In this document: positions 11,101 to 12,872 of the stretch, one piece after another
Layout of the letters: every line of letters begins with the position of its first letter
Position numbering within the stretch: position 1 is the stretch's first letter
Origin: Vitrella brassicaformis CCMP3155
Lineage: Eukaryota > Protista > Chromerida
Reading direction: 5' to 3'
Assembly (NCBI GenBank): GCA_001179505.1
Contig: CDMY01000889.1
Coordinates: forward strand, 1 to 12,872
DNA: 12,872 bases
Notes under the pieces: generated by a model
The model's database searches: none
Seen by the model: the letters and a program-made list of their open reading frames with translations, nothing else
What the model was told of the DNA's origin: nothing
Translations under genes and position numbers: made by a program

Positions 11101-12872
11101 GTGACCTCTGCGACGGAGTCCCTCAGCCATTCCCACGCGGCCGATTGGTACATCGGGACAGCCTCCGCCGGGACGGTCTCGCCAGGCAGATCGCTGTTGC
11201 CTGGGAGCCGTCCGCCTTCCAGCCGTGAGGGCACCAGAATGTGTCGAGCGCCGTTCTCGACCAGGAGGCGGGCAATCATCAATGCGAGGACGCCCGATCG
11301 GCCGGTGATAAGATAGGTCCCGTCAGGATGAAATGAAGTCGAGGGCGGAGCGGGAAGGATCGTCCCTGGTCCTTCGACAGCTGATGCCGGCACGATCTCG
11401 AATGGGCGGCCGCGTCCACGGGACGACGATTGATGGGTCGTGAATCCACCGTGGCCGAGCACCTGCTTCAGTTCCATCCACGTGGGGAGCCAGAATGTGT
11501 CGCTCAGCGTCTCTCGCAGTAGGCCGTGGAGGGGCCCATCTCCACAGCAGGTGACCACCAAGAGCACACCAGTCGGGGCCAGCAACGAGCGGACATTCTT
11601 GAGAGCGTCGGCGAGGTCGTCCGCCTTGCCATACAAGCCGCAAATGACCGCCAGGTTGAATTGTCCTTGCGCAAAGCAGGTGTCAAGCTCGTCGAGTTTG
11701 ACTGAGACGAAATCCACTTGGACGTCTTCTGGGCAGTGGCTGAGCGTCTGTGACGACGCTGCCTGGTCTCCGCCAAAGACGAGATGAGAGCGCCGTCCCT
11801 CCACAGCATCGACGGTGTCACGGACACACGAAAGCCCATTTGAGTAGTGCAGGACCTTCAACAATCCACCAGACGGGAAGCAGCGAGCGATCGAACGGAT
11901 GCACGACACCAGCTCCGCCCGAGGGCACGTCTCCTTCGACGATTGCCACGCCGCTTCGAAGGCACCGCGCAGCGAGGCTGACTGGACGGGAACCTCACTG
12001 GCGTCTGCTGTGGAGCCAGACTCGATCACTTGCTTCAGGTACAAGACGCTTTCCTGAATAAGCGAAGGGTACGATGACTGTGATTCATCGCTCAGCTCCA
12101 CGGTTGTCGCGTTGGTCTGCTGCAGCATGTCTGTGAGCCTTGTCGACAGGTCGGCTTGAGCCTTCTGCTTCTCGTCATCAGACTGGAGCGTCTCCAAGAT
12201 GTCTTGGACTGCCGATGCAGCAAACCGATCCAGATCGATATGGGTGACGCCGTCCTGGGCAGTCTCAGGCAGCTGAGCACGCTGCATCGCGGCTTCTGTC
12301 TCCTCCACTGCCTTGCGCTGCCACTCACGCTGGCGGCTGGCCGCTGACTGCGACGGACACGCACTCAGGACCACTTTGCCCATGTGTTTGGCTTTCTGCA
12401 GGAACTGGAATGCTTCCACACACTGAGTCTTGATGTCGAAGGCCGTCAGAGGAAGGCCCTCGGGGTGGTGTCTGCTGCCCGTCTGGATGCGGGACAACAG
12501 GGTCTGGAACTTCTTGGGCCTCGTCTCGATCATGGAGTCGATGGCCACCACATGGTAGGTGACGTGTGGGTACTTGGCTGCGACGTCCTCCGCTGTCCAG
12601 ATGCCCCGTTTGCCGAGCTCGATGAAGGTGCCGCCGCTGCTTTGCCGCAGGCCGTCGAGGGAGGCCTTGATGAAGTCGCCAGACAGCGAGTTGAGGACCG
12701 TGTCGACAAAGCCGTGCTCGCCAGTCCACGAGACGAGGGCATCGCGGAACACCTGACGAGCAGCAGCAGGCAACACACAAGGAGAATGACAACCGTCTCA
12801 TACCACACCCTCATGCAATGGACTGACTCACCTTCGGGTCTCTGGAGCTGGCGACGAGCTGGACGCCGAGAG
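1..12872 (-). CDS. Giant multimodular type I PKS/FAS, internal fragment open at both ends; spliced join complement(12832-12872, 9125-12752, 5365-9047, 2270-5274, 1-2185), about 4,180 codons
   Basis: Spliced translation is continuous and restores conserved motifs at every junction: VASSRDPK|VFRDAL (ER), HGTGTALG|DPLE (KS), VFGPK|VWGAWNLH (KR), YWADHI|LKPVRF (AT). Canonical KS (DTACSS, HGT, GH), AT (GHSLG, HAFH), DH, ER, KR and ACP (DSL) motifs are present. Exon lengths 41+3628+3683+3005+2185 plus introns 79+77+90+84 sum to 12872. Confidence 0.96.
50..194. repeat. Direct repeat copy 1 (145 nt, start of ER-C); partner 6668-6812
   Basis: 50-153 is identical to 6668-6771 (104 nt); 141/145 identical overall. 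Confidence 0.95.
970..1878 (-). other. Dehydratase, module C
   Basis: HPLL, canonical HxxxGxxxxP (HCVAGQSTMP, His 1771-1773), GLNYG and DGALH. Confidence 0.92.
2060..3027 (-). other. Acyltransferase, module C, predicted malonyl-CoA specific (split by the intron at 2186-2269)
   Basis: VFLFTGQGSQ, GHSLG (Ser 2746-2748), conserved R in ERA, HAFH (2425-2436; established malonyl signature) and FLEVGP. Confidence 0.94.
2186..2269 (-). other. Spliceosomal intron, 84 nt, phase 2
   Basis: GTAAGG donor, ACTGAC branch-like motif, pyrimidine tract and CAG acceptor. It contains an in-frame TAA; removal yields the AT motif YWADHILKPVRF. Confidence 0.94.
2270..5274 (-). CDS. Exon: KR C-terminus and ACP (module B), KS and most of AT (module C)
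   Basis: ORF 2266..5307 trimmed to its splice sites. Motifs: FSSITGVLGNRGQTNYSAAN, LGVDSL, DTACSS, GQGSQ, GHSLG, HAFH. Confidence 0.94.
3160..4473 (-). other. Ketosynthase, module C
   Basis: DTAC (Cys 3928-3930), HGTAT, NMGH and VSSFGFGGTNAHV. Confidence 0.96.
3166..3328. repeat. Direct repeat copy 1 (163 nt, end of KS-C); partner 8710-8872
   Basis: Base-by-base comparison gives 162/163 identity; the single difference is 3223 a vs 8767 g. Confidence 0.95.
4564..4800 (-). other. Acyl carrier protein, module B
   Basis: LQELGVDSLGAVEFRNEL...LSATLLFDAPT; Ser codon at 4684-4686. Confidence 0.95.
5275..5364 (-). other. Spliceosomal intron, 90 nt, phase 0
   Basis: GTCAGT donor and TCTCTCCTTTCAG acceptor. 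It contains an in-frame TGA; removal yields the KR motif GPKVWGAWNLH. Confidence 0.93.
5341..5364. repeat. Intronic tetranucleotide microsatellite (TCAC)n / (GTGA)n, 6 imperfect units
   Basis: TCAT TCAC TCAC TCAC TCAC TGAC read directly from the sequence. Confidence 0.9.
5365..9047 (-). CDS. Exon: KS C-terminus, DH, structural KR, ER and KR N-terminus (module B)
   Basis: ORF 5353..9108 trimmed to its splice sites. Motifs: GALKTNIGHLEG, VSSFGFGGTNAHV, DHVVKAEVVFP, HPALLDGAFQ, GLNFRDVL, HAASGGVG, VITGGVGGLG. Confidence 0.94.
5839..6888 (-). other. Enoylreductase, module B
   Basis: VRAVGLNFRDVL, LYPG, VLIHAASGGVGLAAIQ (NADPH-binding motif), HIGKVVI. Confidence 0.95.
6668..6812. repeat. Direct repeat copy 2 (145 nt, start of ER-B); partner 50-194
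   Basis: Same comparison, offset 6618 nt. Confidence 0.95.
7678..8574 (-). other. Dehydratase, module B
   Basis: HPFLG, DHVVKAEVVFP (His 8467-8469), GLEYGPEY, HPALLDGAFQ. Confidence 0.92.
8710..8872. repeat. Direct repeat copy 2 (163 nt, end of KS-B); partner 3166-3328
   Basis: Same comparison, offset 5544 nt. Confidence 0.95.
9048..9124 (-). other. Spliceosomal intron, 77 nt, phase 1
   Basis: GTAAGC donor and CAG acceptor. Removal yields the KS motif HGTGTALGDPLE and corrects the frame change between the two ORFs. Confidence 0.95.
9125..12752 (-). CDS. Exon: ER C-terminus, pseudo-MT, inactive KR, ACP (module A) and N-terminal part of the module B KS
   Basis: ORF 9105..12776 trimmed to its splice sites (CAG|GTG at 12753/12752; TAG|GTAAG at 9125/9124). 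Confidence 0.93.
10143..10379 (-). other. Acyl carrier protein, module A
   Basis: LVDLGLDSLSAVELRNTL...LPATTLFDYPT; phosphopantetheine Ser codon at 10263-10265. Confidence 0.95.
10542..11321 (-). other. Ketoreductase domain, predicted inactive (KR0), module A
   Basis: GTYLITGRSGVLA, KGVVHAGG, ALWNLH and GLPAQSIDFG give the KR framework. Catalytic Lys, Tyr and Asn are replaced (see findings). Confidence 0.85.
11436..12242 (-). other. Degenerate C-methyltransferase-like domain (pseudo-MT), module A
   Basis: Resembles PKS cMT pattern: LDRFAA, LKVLHYSNG (motif I position), FNLAVICGLY, DLADALKNVRSLLAPTGVLLV, LKQVLGHGGF. SAM-binding and catalytic residues are altered. Assigned by eye, without an HMM. 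Confidence 0.65.
12753..12831 (-). other. Spliceosomal intron, 79 nt, phase 0
   Basis: GTGAGT donor, pyrimidine/TG-rich tract and CAG acceptor. Removal restores the ER alignment. Confidence 0.88.
12832..12872 (-). CDS. Exon fragment, ER domain of module A (LGVQLVASSRDPK)
   Basis: Translation aligns with module B ER 'LGVEYVTSTRDVS'. It is followed by the donor GTGAGT at 12831. Confidence 0.85.

Larger units (their letters stand above)
12366..12872 (-). other. Enoylreductase (ER) domain, C-terminal part, module A
   Basis: VDTVLNSLSGDFI, FIELGKRGIW and AFQFLQKAKHMGKVVL align with the module B ER. Confidence 0.9.

Noticed and set aside
2266-12776. Three separate PKS genes, or a frameshifted pseudogene, as suggested by ORFs 9105..12776, 5353..9108 and 2266..5307
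   Set aside because: Every break coincides with a GT-AG intron whose removal restores a conserved motif in frame. The ORF 'starts' (MLPAAARQ, MNALLRP, MPDLFVC) and 'ends' (KQSLT, VSE, M-stop) are intron sequence.
1-12872. Mobile elements, CRISPR arrays, RNA genes, prokaryotic promoters/terminators
   Set aside because: The window is fully accounted for by exons and four introns; no such signatures were seen.

Overview
The whole 12.9-kb window is an internal piece of one giant, intron-containing eukaryotic modular type I polyketide synthase / fatty-acid-synthase gene on the minus strand. It has no start or stop codon inside the window. Removing four short GT-AG introns (12753-12831, 9048-9124, 5275-5364, 2186-2269) joins the three long minus-strand ORFs of the track, a 41-nt upstream exon fragment and an unlisted open frame (2185 to 1) into one continuous frame of about 4,180 codons. 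Each splice restores a conserved PKS motif. Domain order N to C: module A (partial) ...ER - degenerate methyltransferase-like insert - catalytically dead KR - ACP; module B KS - (no AT) - DH - structural KR - ER - KR - ACP; module C (partial) KS - AT (malonyl-type) - DH - structural KR - ER... The most notable points are: an AT-less module and a cis-AT module in the same polypeptide; a pseudo-MT in an unusual ER-KR position next to a KR that has lost its catalytic Lys/Tyr/Asn; two near-identical DNA tracts shared between modules B and C (162/163 nt and 141/145 nt); and module-specific introns, one with a tandem array of decoy donor sites and one with a hairpin. High GC, 77-90 nt introns and (GTGA)n intron repeats suggest a protist such as a chromerid/alveolate, but the host is inference only.
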